From the human T2T-CHM13v2.0 reference genome, Homo sapiens, in NCBI RefSeq assembly GCF_009914755.1, contig NC_060932.1: 64,000 nt of DNA. One strand, written 5' to 3'. Shown here in pieces: positions 13,960 through 26,782 of the stretch (positions are counted from its first letter, which is position 1; every line of letters begins with the position of its first letter). Made by a program: the position numbers and the translations under genes. A model generated the notes under the pieces. It saw only the letters and a program-made list of their open reading frames with translations, was not told the origin of the DNA and ran no database searches.

Positions 13960-14450
13960 TACATATTTCCCCCAAAAGTAGACCCTGAAATAGGGATGTG
14001 GATGCCATTCATTTATTTGAGAGGTGATCCAAGGAAGCACAATGAGGGAGTGAGAAAGTGAAACAGTGAGGAAGCAGAAGCCAATCGGGAGTGTATTGAT
14101 CAGTAGGTGAACACTGTGGGCAACTGGGGCTCAGTCCCACTGACAGCCCTCTGAGACACGTGGAGGGCAGCCTTTGGAATTGTCCCATTGTGGAGCAAGG
14201 AAGCTGGGGTGTTTATCAAAGAATTCCTGTCCCTCACTGGTTAAAAGTTGCTTCTGAGACATTAACTCCCTGGCACTTTTGCCTAACCCATGTAGAGATG
14301 ACATGCTCCTGTGGTCAGAGAAAGCCCTCAAGTCAAGACAGAAATGCTTGAGAAATGAAGCCATAGACAGGGACAGGAATTGCTCACTTGGTCTTCAGAT
14401 GGTTTCTGGGATAGTCCCAGGGGATATGAGTGAGGCACCAATAACACCTG
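13960..14450 (-). mobile_element. ERVL-class LTR (LTR16/LTR33-like)
   Basis: agaccctgaaatagggat...tttatttgagaggtgatccaaggaagcac...gggagtgagaaagtgaaacag...ctgtgggcaactggggctcagtcccactg matches my recalled antisense consensus; subfamily uncertain. Confidence 0.6.
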
Positions 14451-14885
14451 TTAAATGGACACAGAAATGTGTGTGGGGGAAGGGGAGGGTATTGTAAATT
14501 AGGAAATTGTTCATAGAAGTGTTGTCTTAGCAAGCTTTTGAAGGTCAATAGGCATTCTCCCAGATGGACAGATATAGAAAGTGTTTCAGACTGATGGGAC
14601 ATTATACACAAGGGCTTAGAGATGTGAACTAGTGTGCTGATGTGAAATATCCCAAGCAGATGGGTACAGATAAGCCTGCAGGGGAAGGAGACACAAGGTG
14701 AGATGATACTACTGAGGCTTGATAGCATTTGCACTACATCTTTCCAATGCTGGGAAACAAAATCCACAGCAAGCTGGTGAAAGGGTTTTGTCAGCTGTGG
14801 CCAAGATAAAAGGTTTTGTCATCGTGGCAATGCTGACAAAACCCTTTGACCATTTTCCTGATCTCTGATCTGCAGTATCCCCTCA

Positions 14886-14886
<1 letters not shown>

Positions 14887-14934
<48 letters not shown>
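14887..14934. repeat. (CA)24 microsatellite
   Basis: Perfect CA run. Confidence 0.97.
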
Positions 14935-14935
<1 letters not shown>

Positions 14936-15882
14936 TTCTGGGCCCATGTAACAGGTGCTGAGTGTAGCTTGTGGGGCTATTTGGGTGGACAGGCAAGGAG
15001 GTCCCATTGGGGGTCTCGGCTAGCCTCCAGATTTATGGGACATGTTTTAAACCCTCTACATAATTTAGCTTCTTGTTTTCCCTTAGTTTGTTTACCCACT
15101 TTGATGGAAGGAGAGATTTCCTTTTCCTGAACTTCTCAATTTTACCCTAGTCATTAGCAGAATCATGTGGAATAAAGACCTCAAGGAAATTGCGGCATTT
15201 TCATTTCTTATGAGGAAGTGTAATTTGGGGCTCAAGGAAAACAGAGCCTGTGTTATTGACAGAAGAAACATGACCCTCACAGGGGAAAAGAGAACAATAT
15301 GGATTGGGATATTCTTACTTCAAACATATACCACTGTGTTTAAATAAATAAATAACCCAGAAATACCCCTGGGGGGAAAGCACAATGAACAAATTATGAT
15401 GATCATATTCCATCTGTGCACTGCATCTGTGTTTGAGGTGTTTGACTCTCTGAGTAGGTCGCCTAAGCAAGGCTCCAGGAGCCACCACTAATCTTGGCAG
15501 CAGCCTTGATGATGTTCTTTCTCCATTATTTTGTGTTTTACCTCATGGGCAAAGAAAAAAGGGGAAAAACCCCAATGATAAAAATAAAGGATCTTTTGGG
15601 AGTTGTTCTTGTTTATTTAACTTCCTTCTTTTAAAATAAAGAAATGCAGCTGGGAGCAAGGAAGGGAGAGAAAGGTAAGAATATTTTAAAACTAATTATA
15701 GCATAAAAATCATCCAAGAGTGCTCTGTTCCGGCCTCTGTTAAAGTCACAGCTTCGTCCTTATGCATGAGTCAGAGGCACCCAGGGGTTAAGCTTGTGAC
15801 TGTCAAGAGCCATTATTGCATTTGGTTATTTTTGTGGGATGCTGGAATGCAGCTAGTGTCAGTCCCATCCTGTGACACAGGG

Positions 15883-16093
15883 CAGGGTTTCTCAACACTG
15901 GCCCTATTGGCATTTTGGGCTGAAGGATTCTTTGTCATGGGGGCTGTCCTGGTCATTGTAGGATGTTTAGCGGCATCCCTGGCCTCCATCCGTTGGACAG
16001 ATGCCCCCTCCCAGATTGTGACAGCCAAAAACATCTCCAGGCATTGCCAAATATCCCCTGGGGGACAAAATCACCCCTGTTTAAGAACAAATG
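15883..16093 (+). mobile_element. MER20 (hAT-Charlie)
   Basis: CAGGGTTTCTCAAC ... gtgacagccaaaaacatctccaggcattgccaaatatcccctggggg ... gtttaagaacaaatg. 8-bp TSD ACACAGGG / ACATAGGG. Confidence 0.9.
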
Positions 16094-16494
16094 ACATAGG
16101 GCTACAAAACTTGCTGCTATGGAAGCAAACTTGTTCCACATAATCCAGGAGGTCACTCCAGTTTTTTATCCAAATTAAAAAAAAAAACAAAACACTAAAA
16201 AACAGGTCCTCACCTTTCCCCGCTTTGGTCTGTAGTTGCTTTCTAACTTCTAGAGCCTTTTTATTGCCCAAAAATATACAGTTCCCTACAATACTTTGTC
16301 TTTATTTGATTTTTCTCAGGCCTCTCAAGCAGACCATGGCTGCTGAACAAAACCTAGACCCCTGTGGTTGGGAACCTTGGGTGAGCTGATAATCAGACAT
16401 TTTTATATAGTAAAAAGGAAAAGAAATTTTTATGTCCTTCCTTTTAAAAATGATCTGTTGCAAATTATATTATTTTTAATTTCCAGGAAAATTG

Positions 16495-16612
16495 TCAAAG
16501 TTACAATCTCCTTAAAGGCAAGGACTATGTTTTGTACTTCTGATTGTAATTGTTCACAATGCTCAGCACATAGTAGATACTCAATAAATGCATAATGATT
16601 AACTGATTGAGA
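16495..16612 (+). mobile_element. L2 3' end
   Basis: ctccttaaaggcaaggactatg...cagcacatagtagatactcaataaatg. Confidence 0.65.
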
Positions 16613-16769
16613 TGGATCAACTAGCATTTAGACTTCAGCCATAGAAGCAGCAGCCATAGAAAAACCCAGAAACAAGCAAATAGACCTCTAGATGAGTATC
16701 TTTACTTGAGTGAGTCATTAGTAAGGAAATAAGTATCACAGAAATACACCTGCTTTTCTCAGTTCAGAT

Positions 16770-17430
16770 TGGTTCAGCAGACATATATTGAGTGCTTTGT
16801 GCAGTGGGGACTCTCAAGGCACTTAAAAGCACATAAAAATACTTCAGTGGATAATTTCAGTGCAATATGGGACATTCTAAGACAGAGGGGCTTAAACAGC
16901 TCTGTGGGAGCCCAGTAGAGGGGCACCAGCATAGCCTTTGCAAGGAGGTGAGAGCAGGGTTGGAAGGTATAATACTTGAGCTATGTCAAGGGACAGTAGG
17001 CATGTGAAGGGGTGGGAACTGAAGGGGTGGGATGGTGGCAAGGACAGTCCAGGCAGAGGAATAGCATGAACAAAGTTACGAAAGCATTTATTGGCATGAT
17101 TGGTATGGGAGGACCATCATGTATGATTTGATGTTGCAGGGGCTGGGAATGATGGAAGATGAAGCTGGAGACATGGAAAGGCCAGGTCATGGATGACCTG
17201 ACACCCCTACCAGGGAGTGGGGGCCCTCTTCTGCATGGGGAGGGCACAGAAAGGGTTTAAGCGAGAGGATGAGGCAACACGATTTGTGTCTTGTGCAGCA
17301 GGAAGCATGGGCTTAAAGAGCAAAGGTCAGATCAGGCACTGCCATGACACTCAAGAAGAGAGGTCGCAGAGGCTTGCTCTAAGTAATGAAAGGTGGGTGG
17401 TGCAGAGCTGAGAAATGGAGCAGGATGTCC
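16770..17430 (-). mobile_element. L2 fragment
   Basis: Antisense L2 motifs: ttcagcagacatatattgagtgc...; ccaggcagaggaatagcatgaacaaag; gatgaagctggagac...ggccaggtcatg. Confidence 0.6.
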
Positions 17431-17595
17431 AAATAGACTGAACCACAAGTGGAAACCCTCTGAACAAGGGAGAGCCCACAGGTGGTTGGGTGGCCTTTGA
17501 AAGATCTGTGGAGATGTGAAAAGGATTTCTTCCTTACCTTTATGCTGCTCTCTCTTTCTCTGATTTTTGTGTCATTTTAGGTAGAGAAGAGAAGC

Positions 17596-17634
17596 TATCT
17601 TACAGATATTCCTTATCTTACAGATATTCCTTAT
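17596..17634. repeat. Perfect 18-bp tandem duplication
   Basis: TATCTTACAGATATTCCT x2 plus TAT. Confidence 0.95.
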
Positions 17635-18034
17635 AGAGGCCTTTGTGGTTTCAAGGTCTCTAAGCTCATCAAAGAGGTGAAGTTGGATATCACAGAAGGA
17701 GCAGCTGGTGTCCCCAAAGGGTAGAGCTACAGGGATGGGAGGGAAAAAGAGGGAGGGTCCAGATTTTGAAAGGAAGAGAGGCCTAGATTCCTAAGTTAGT
17801 GTCTCTAACATGACAGATGCTGGAAGGGGAATGATCTGAGTCGGAAAATTATATTTGATATACTTAATACCAGTGAATTCAGGACTACTTGTGAAGTTCT
17901 GGAGTGCAATGCTAAGATCTGGAGTGCAGGTGAAAGTGCTTAGAATTGAGCAAGTCAAGAACTCATAAGGCTGGTAGTGTGTTGAATGGACCATCCTCGG
18001 AGGCATTGACATGTCCCAGAATTGAATGGAGATT

Positions 18035-18478
18035 CAGTCCACCCCTAAGATTGGTGTGGCCTCTGCAAGAGTTCAAATGGAGGTGCCTGCCTTCTTTTCC
18101 CACACCCACCCCCATCTATTCTGAGATGTGGAACAAGGAGGACAGGGCAGGTGGGATGGGCTTGAACATCCAAGCTCCACTCACACCTTCCCAACCAGTA
18201 GCTACTTGGATGCCTCTAGGAGTGCACACACCAGTAGCGCTGCTCACCCTCTGGAGGACAGACCCATGGAGGAGGCCCTGGAAGTGGGCTCAGGGCCATA
18301 TGGGCAGGCACTTTGAAGGTCCTAGGTATCCAGAACATAGTCTTGAAAGAGGGGGCATGGGCTGTCTGTGAGACTCTTCCCTTGGCCCCTTAGATTTCTT
18401 GTCTCTTAGAGAGCAGGGTCCTCTAAAAAAGGGGCCCAGGGTAGGAACCCTGGTGGATTAGATCTAAAGGCAGTAATG
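18035..18478 (+). mobile_element. MER115/Zaphod-like hAT-Tip100 relic
   Basis: Start cagtccacccctaagattggtgtggcctctgcaagagttcaaatggagg and end ggggcccagggtagg...tctaaaggcagtaatg resemble recalled MER115 termini, with imperfect TIRs. Confidence 0.55.
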
Positions 18479-18532
18479 GCAGGTTTAGAGATGCAGAAAA
18501 AGGATATGAGTCAGGGCCTTGGTCTTCAATGA

Positions 18533-18533
<1 letters not shown>

Positions 18534-18570
<37 letters not shown>
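18534..18570. repeat. (TG)18 microsatellite
   Basis: Perfect TG run followed by ctgtgtg. Confidence 0.97.
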
Positions 18571-18571
<1 letters not shown>

Positions 18572-21500
18572 TGTGTGTTTTGAGAATATGGGTGGCAGTG
18601 ATAGCAAATAGAGGGGAAATAAATAAATATAGGGGAAATAAAGGTGAAGATCCACCTTAATCCAACTCAATTGCCTTAGAATCCAGTGAGATGTAAGGTT
18701 ATGCTCTAGCAGGTTGATTTTCTGGTTTTCCCTGGTAACCTTCAGTTCCTGCAGAGTTAAAAAGACAAGCAAGCAGAGTGAGGAAATGCTGAGAGATGAC
18801 ACACTGAGAAGTGGTAGCTGGCAGCAAAAGACAGCGAAAGAGTGAGAGAGAACAGTCCCCAAATAGAAAAACATATTAGGAGGGGGTCATCTAGTGCCAG
18901 GGCAAATAGCCTTACATGCCTCAAAAGCTCCTCAGGATACAACTCCATTACAGCATGGAACAATGATGAATGCGCTTTTAGAAGTTTCCATTTTTGGGAA
19001 AAAGCATTTGCTTTCAGTTGTCTAAAAAATCCATTAATTTAAACCTCTTCTTTCTCCAACAACTCGTGATGAGTTGGATATTGCTGCAGATCCCATTTCA
19101 TCTGAGCATCAGATTCTGTTACCTCTCCTCTGGTTCAGTATCACCTGATCAAGTTTGATATTGCTTTTCCTCCTCCTGCCCCCCTCCTGGAGAATTTCAC
19201 CTGCCTCATCCACAGAGGAGCATTGTATGGCTCATTGCGTGGTCAGGCAGGATAAAGTCAGCTCCACTAATCTAAGCCCGAAAATGAAGCGGCAATTCTG
19301 CTGTTATGCCCTAATTCACAGGCTCATCATTAAATTGTTATCATAGCCTCAGACGAGACTTTTAATTCTCTTACAACAGCTGGCAAATGGCAGGAACAGA
19401 TGCTCTCACCCACTGAAGCAGCTTCTGCAGGAGCAGTGGAGAAGAGAGAGAATAATGGATACCAGCAAGGAAGGTTCAGACACTCCCTTATCCGCCACTC
19501 TCAATCCTGGAAAATCTGGGCTTCCACTTTGGGAGTCTTATTGCAGCTCACCAGGAGCTGGTCACAGTATGGAACCAAGAGAGGTGTGGGCCTGGGAGAG
19601 CTTTTGTGTGGCTTTTAGAGCTCCCCTTAGCTCCGGGTGGATTCCCACAACTTCCCTGTATCAAGTCCTCCCTCTAAATGTTGGCTCTAAAAGCAAGAAT
19701 GCAGATGGAGTCCCCACCTCATGTGATGCTATGCTTACCCTCTTTACCCTGAGCAAGAAAGGCACTGTGGGCCAGTCTGGCAACCAAACCATTGTTCATA
19801 ATATCGCTTTTATGGACAGGGATTTCCAGTGCCAAACGACTGACTGACAAACAAATTTGAGTAATTTGGGGCCATCGTGTTTGTACATGTGTGTGCATGT
19901 CATGCCAGCATGTCCCCAACACTCATCTGCAGAATCCACACCCAGGCTCTGGGGCCATTCCTGATCTGAATGGGTAGATGAGACATGATATGACAGTGGC
20001 GGTGTGGGAGGAGGAGGAGAGGAGCCGATGTGTTTTACGACCCTTCTCTGTAGCATCAAGGCCAGCTCAGTAGGATAAAGTGCTCTGGAGAATGAAATCC
20101 CACTTGGTAGTATCAAGCGTAGTATTAAGAGCTGACAGGTTTTCCAACCCCATTCTGCATTACCGAGTATCAGAATGTCTATAACTACTCCGTAGGTAGG
20201 AATTACTGACACCCTTTAAGAGATAAGGAAACTGGACTGGGAGAGATTAGGTAACGTTTCACAGGTGGAGGGGAGGTCAAAGAGCCAGGATTCTCATTTA
20301 CCCCATGCTCTAACCAGTGTCCAGCAACCTCTCCTAAAAGGCACCTTGGGTGCTTATACTTTGTACTTCAAGGGCTCATTTGCCTGAGTTTTCTGATAGT
20401 CCAGGACTGATCTTATCTCTTGAGTCTAACAATAAGGCTTTGTCTTGTTCCCCGTGGCTGGTCACCTTGATTTAGGTCTCATTTCTGATAACTGCATCCT
20501 TATCTAATTCCTCTTCATCAGGTGCCGCTCACGACCAGGATCTCCATTCCTCTAGGACAAAATATTCACCCTGATCTTTCCACTGTTGCCTTTAAGTCCC
20601 AGCTACTGGGACCTTAGTCCCCCAGTGCCACCTTCTAGATTTATAGACAATGACCACTTACTAGTTGCCCCCATTGCTGACAGTCGGCTTCCCTGATCCA
20701 CATTGCCTCTCTCTGATCTCCAAGCTCCTATCCTCAGCCCACCTGTAAGCATCTGGCCATCCCTAGCCACTGTGTAATGCCTCATCAACATGTCCTGTCT
20801 GTCCCCTAGGTCCGAACCACTCCAGGTGCCACTGAAGCATTTGTAAGAGACCTACAAGCAAGCCTGAATTTTCCTAAAGGGGTGCCAGGGAGTCTGGACC
20901 ACACATTTCTACTTCTGCCTTGACCAGAGCCATCCCCCAAGTCTTCCCTTAGAGATCTGCCTTTTGGAAACTCTGGCCACCCACTGGGCTGGCAATTAAT
21001 GATCCCACCCAGCCTCTTAGGCCGTTTCTTATCACTATTGCTGACCCCAGGGGTTCACTTGGAAGCTTTCTCCAATGCATTTTCCATTATTGATTAAATA
21101 TATAAGGGAGAAAAGCTTTAATTATTAGTAATTCTTTCTTGCACTGACTTGCAAGAAAAGCACTCAGAGCAAGGGAAAAATACAATTCCCAGAGGTCCTC
21201 CCAGCTTCGCTCTGTGGAGAGCAAAGGAAGTATGAAGCCTCAAGGTCTCCCAGCTTTCCTAGTGCAGCCTGGGAGGTGTGGTAACTCCTGTGGCATTCTC
21301 TGCTGCGGTAGCAAGGTAGAAAATAGTGATAGTGGAGAGAATCATGGATGAGGAAAGACCCTCACAATGAATGTCAGGGAAAGTTTTAGAGCAGATTGAG
21401 AGGTGTAGATTGAGAGGGCAGCTTTGGAGTATGAGAGAATTTAAAAGGAGTCAAAATTTATTATCATTATTATATTATTTATTACACACCATGTTGCCTA

Positions 21501-22093
21501 GGATTATACACAGGATTCCCCATATTTAAGAGATACAATGAAAGGATGGTTACTAAAATTACTTTTAGTTTCTGAAGTGCATTTATTTGAATGTGATTTT
21601 GGAAAGAGACTGGGCCATGTGGAACTCCAGAACCATAAAAACCACATGTGGATACTGCCCCAGGCCACTGAAGAAAACATAATTGTTTTGCAAACTATCA
21701 TCTGACAAGTCCTTAGGAAGGTACTGTTTTCATCTGAAGATAAATTTTACCTAAATTCTACCATGTTTTTCAATGCTGCAGTCCTCCTCACCTGGAATCC
21801 TTCCATCCTTGGCTCCCTGTATCTGCAATGCAAAAGAAATACAAACATTTACCTATAGCAAAACTCTGAGAATCTCCACAAAGTCAGGCTGCCAGGAAAG
21901 CCTAAGAGCCTGGGAAGGAGAAGGAGGGGACAATACATTCTGCATGGTTTAGGCATCCTTGCTGCCCAGTGCCTTTTAATCCCCTTGGCAAATGGCCTGG
22001 GTTTATTTTTTAGAGTGGGTTGGGCAAACTCAGATGGAAAAGGCAATACATGGCTGGAGCACAGGAGCCATGAGTAGAAAATATGGGACCCTC

Positions 22094-22437
<344 letters not shown>

Positions 22438-23482
22438 CTAATCCCATCACCTATAGTAATGTTGCAAGGCAGGTGAAAGCTTGAATTCTATCTCCAAGGT
22501 TATAAAGGAGGTATAAAATAAAACATCTATCAAATATTTTGAGACCCTTAGAAGCACAGAATGTTATAGCTGAAAATCCTAGGTGTCTCTGAGAATGTGG
22601 AAATAGGCCATTTTAGCTTAAAACAAAACAAAAGATTGCAATCTACTGAGCCTGAAGTGGTTTGAGATCTATGTATGCTTAATCTAGCAATGTATGTCCC
22701 AAATACTGCAGGTCCTCTTGACTTTAATCATGGAAAGATGATCCCATATTCATTGAGAAGAAATAAATAAAGCAGCCTCTTTAACCTGCCTTTCCCAAAT
22801 ACCAAAACCACTCGTTTGCATGTAACACACTGAAGGCATCAGGTAACTATTGAGTGCTTTTCTCCATTTCATCTTAGTAGGAGTCACACTTTTTACTCCC
22901 CTTTTCTGCTTTTGGTAAGCCTCAGGCTTTGCCAGTGAGGAAGAGACCCTTTCAAAATATTGGACACCAGATACAGGATTTGGAAGAAATTGGAGTGATG
23001 TCATCTAGGGAAAGGCGGTCCAAAAAAGAGCCACCTAAAGGCTGGAGGAAGAATCGTCTGAAAATATTAGAGGGAACAGTATCTGATGTTCACATAGGAC
23101 TGGAAATAGTGTCTGTTCTGAACCAGGCATGGAAAGAGGCAGGAAAACACAACCTATAATGAGGAAAATAATTAATCAGTAGAAACCATCCCCAGACTGA
23201 CACAGATGTTGGAATTAGCAGAACAGGACACCAAAATAGTTTTTATTTTGAGTTCTTCTATATTTCAAAAAGTTAAATAGAAATGTGGAAAATATAAAAG
23301 ATCCAAATTGAATTTCTAGAGATGAAAACTACAATGCCTGAGATTAAAATACACTGGATGGAACTGATGGCAGACTAGGCATTTCAGGAGAGAAAAGATT
23401 CATTGGACTTGAAGATCGAGGTATAGAAACTACCTAAAATGAAACGCAGAGAGAAGAAATAGTTTCAAAAGTTAACAGAGCT

Positions 23483-23784
23483 GTCCGGGCATGGTGGGTG
23501 CTCACACCTGTAATCCCAGCACTTTGGGAGGCCAAGGTGGGCTAATCACCTGAGGTGAGGAGTTCAAGACCAGCCTGGCCAACATGGTGAAACCCCATCT
23601 CCACAAAAATACAAAAATTAGCCAGGCATGATCTTGGGTGCCTGTAATCCCAGCTACTCAGGAGGCTGAGGAGGGAGAATTGCTTGAACCTGGGAGGCAG
23701 ATGTTGCACTGAGCTGAGATCACGCCATTGCACTTCGGCCTGGGTGACAGAGCAAGACTCCGTCTCAAAAAAAAAAAAAAAAAA
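23483..23784 (+). mobile_element. AluS (Sx-like) inserted in L1
   Basis: Full dimer with A tail; TSD GTTAACAGAGC on both sides. Confidence 0.95.
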
Positions 23785-24715
23785 TGTTAACAGAGCATCA
23801 GTGGTGGGACAACTCCAACAGCCTAATATAACTGTCATTGGAGCACCAAAGGAGAGGAGGGGGAGTAGGAGACTTGAAAAAATATTTGAGGAAATAATGT
23901 CCAAATTTTTTTTTCAAATTTAATGAATACTATAAACTCATAAATCCAAGAAGCTCAATGAACACCAAGTAAAAGAAACATGAAGAAAAGCATATGAAAA
24001 TAAAATTTCATAAAAGCACATCAGTATAAAATGTGTCAAAAACCATTGATAAAGAGAAATCATAAAATCATCCAGAGATAAAAGACCACAACATTCAAAG
24101 GGACAAAGATAAGGATAACAGCAGATTTCTCCTTGGGAGAAATACAAGTGAGACAGTTGTATCAATCTAGAATACTATACTCAGCAAAGCTATCTGTCAA
24201 AAACAAAAGTGAAATAAAAACTTCTTCAGACACAAAAATCTGAAAGAATTTATCTCCAGCAGGCCTACACTGTAAGAAATGTTATAGGAAGTTTCAGGCA
24301 GAAAAAAAAAAGATACCACATATAGATACGGGTCTACACAACAGAATAAAGAACATTGGAAATGGTAGCTACATATATATGTGTATAAAACTTTTCCTTA
24401 TCATTTAAATGCCTTTAAAATATAATTATATTTTTAAGCAAAAATAATAATAATGTATTGTATTGTAGGGTTTACAATATATGTGAAAACAAAATGTATA
24501 GCTAACAATACCACAAAGCCCATAAAAGGAGAAGTGGAAGAAAGGATTTTATACTATACATAAAAATGCTATAATATCACTTGAAGGTAGAATGTAAAAT
24601 GTTAGAGATGTATATTATAAACCCCATAGCAGCCACTAAATAACAAAACAAAGAGTTATAGCTAATAAACCAAGGAAAAAGATGATAAAAATATTTTTTA
24701 AAAAACCAGCGTATT

Positions 24716-25114
<399 letters not shown>

Positions 25115-26782
25115 CTAAAGTCTACCCATATCAACAATACATTAAATATAAATGTTGAAACAATCTCAATTAAAAGGCAGAGATTGTCAGAGTGGATAAA
25201 AAAGCAAGACTGACCTATATGTTGCCTATAGGAAACATACATTAAATGTTAAGATACAAATAGATTAAAGGTAATAGGATGATAGAAAGACAAAGTCTTG
25301 TCAAGATATTCGTTCTTTCCAGCTTGTTGTAAAGATTCATCACAATTCAAAAAAAATTAAAAGTCCCTGCAAGATATTTTGTAATATCAACAGAGATTCT
25401 AAAGTTTATATGGAGAGGCAAAAGACCCAGAATAGCCAACACAATATTGAGGGACAAGAAAAAAGTAAACCTGATACTGCTTAACTTCAAGACTTACTAT
25501 AAATCTACGATAATCAAGACTGATATTGGTGAGAGAATCGACAAATAGAACAATGGAATTGAATAGAGAGCTCATAAATAGACCCTCATGAATATAGTTA
25601 ACTAATCTTTGACAAATGAGCAAAGGCAATGCAATGAGGAAAAGACAGTCTTTTCAACAAATGATACTGGAATAATTGGATATCCATATATAAAAAGATG
25701 GAACTAGACAAAGACTTTACATCCTTCACAAACAGTAGCTCAAAATGGATCATAAGCTTAAATGTAAAATCCAAAACTATAAAACTAGAAGAGTTAATAA
25801 AAGAAAAAGAAAGAAAGAAAATCTAGATGACCTGGGATTTGGCAATAACTTTTAGATGCAACACCAGAACCACAATCCATGAAACAAAGAATTGATAAAC
25901 TGGTGTTTACTAAAATTAAAGACTTCTGCTTTGCAAAAGACATTGTCAAGAGAATGAGAAGACAAACCACAGATGGGGAGAAAATATTTGCAAAAGACGC
26001 ATTTAATAAAGGGCAGTTATCCAAAATACACCAAGAATTTTAAAACTGAACATTAAGAAAACAAACAACCTGATTTAAAAGTGGGCAACAGATCTGAACA
26101 AGCATCTCAACAAAAATATACAGATGGCAAATAAGTGTATGAAAAGATGTTCAACATTATATGTCATTAGGGAATTTCAAGTTAAAACAGCAATGAGACA
26201 TTGATTAGAATGTTGAAAATTCAAGACACTGATAACACCAAATGCTGACAAGGATGTGGAGCAACAAGTACTCTCATTCATTGCTGTGGAAATGTAAAAT
26301 GGTACAGTCACTTTGGAAGGTATTTTGGCAGTTTCTTACAAAACTAAACATACTCTTACCAAACAATACAGCAATAATGCTCCCTGGTATTTACCAAAAG
26401 AAGTTGAAAACTTATGTTCATGCAAAAATCTGTGCATGATGTTTATAGCAGCTTTATTTATAATTGCCCAAACTTGGAAGCAACCATGATGTCCTTCAGT
26501 AGGTGAATGGATAAATAAATGGTGGTACATCCAGACAATAGAATATTATTTGGTGCTAAAGAGAAATGAGCTATTAAGTCATGAAAACACATAGAGGGAA
26601 CTTAAATGTGTATTCCTATAAGAAGCCTGTCTGAAAGGCTGCATACTTTTGATTCCAACTATATGACATTCTAGAAAAGGCAGAACTACAGAGATGGTAA
26701 AAAGATCAGTGGTCATCAGGGGTTGGGAGAGGGAGAGATGAAAAGGAGAGGTATAGAGGATTTGTAGGGCAGTGAAACTACT

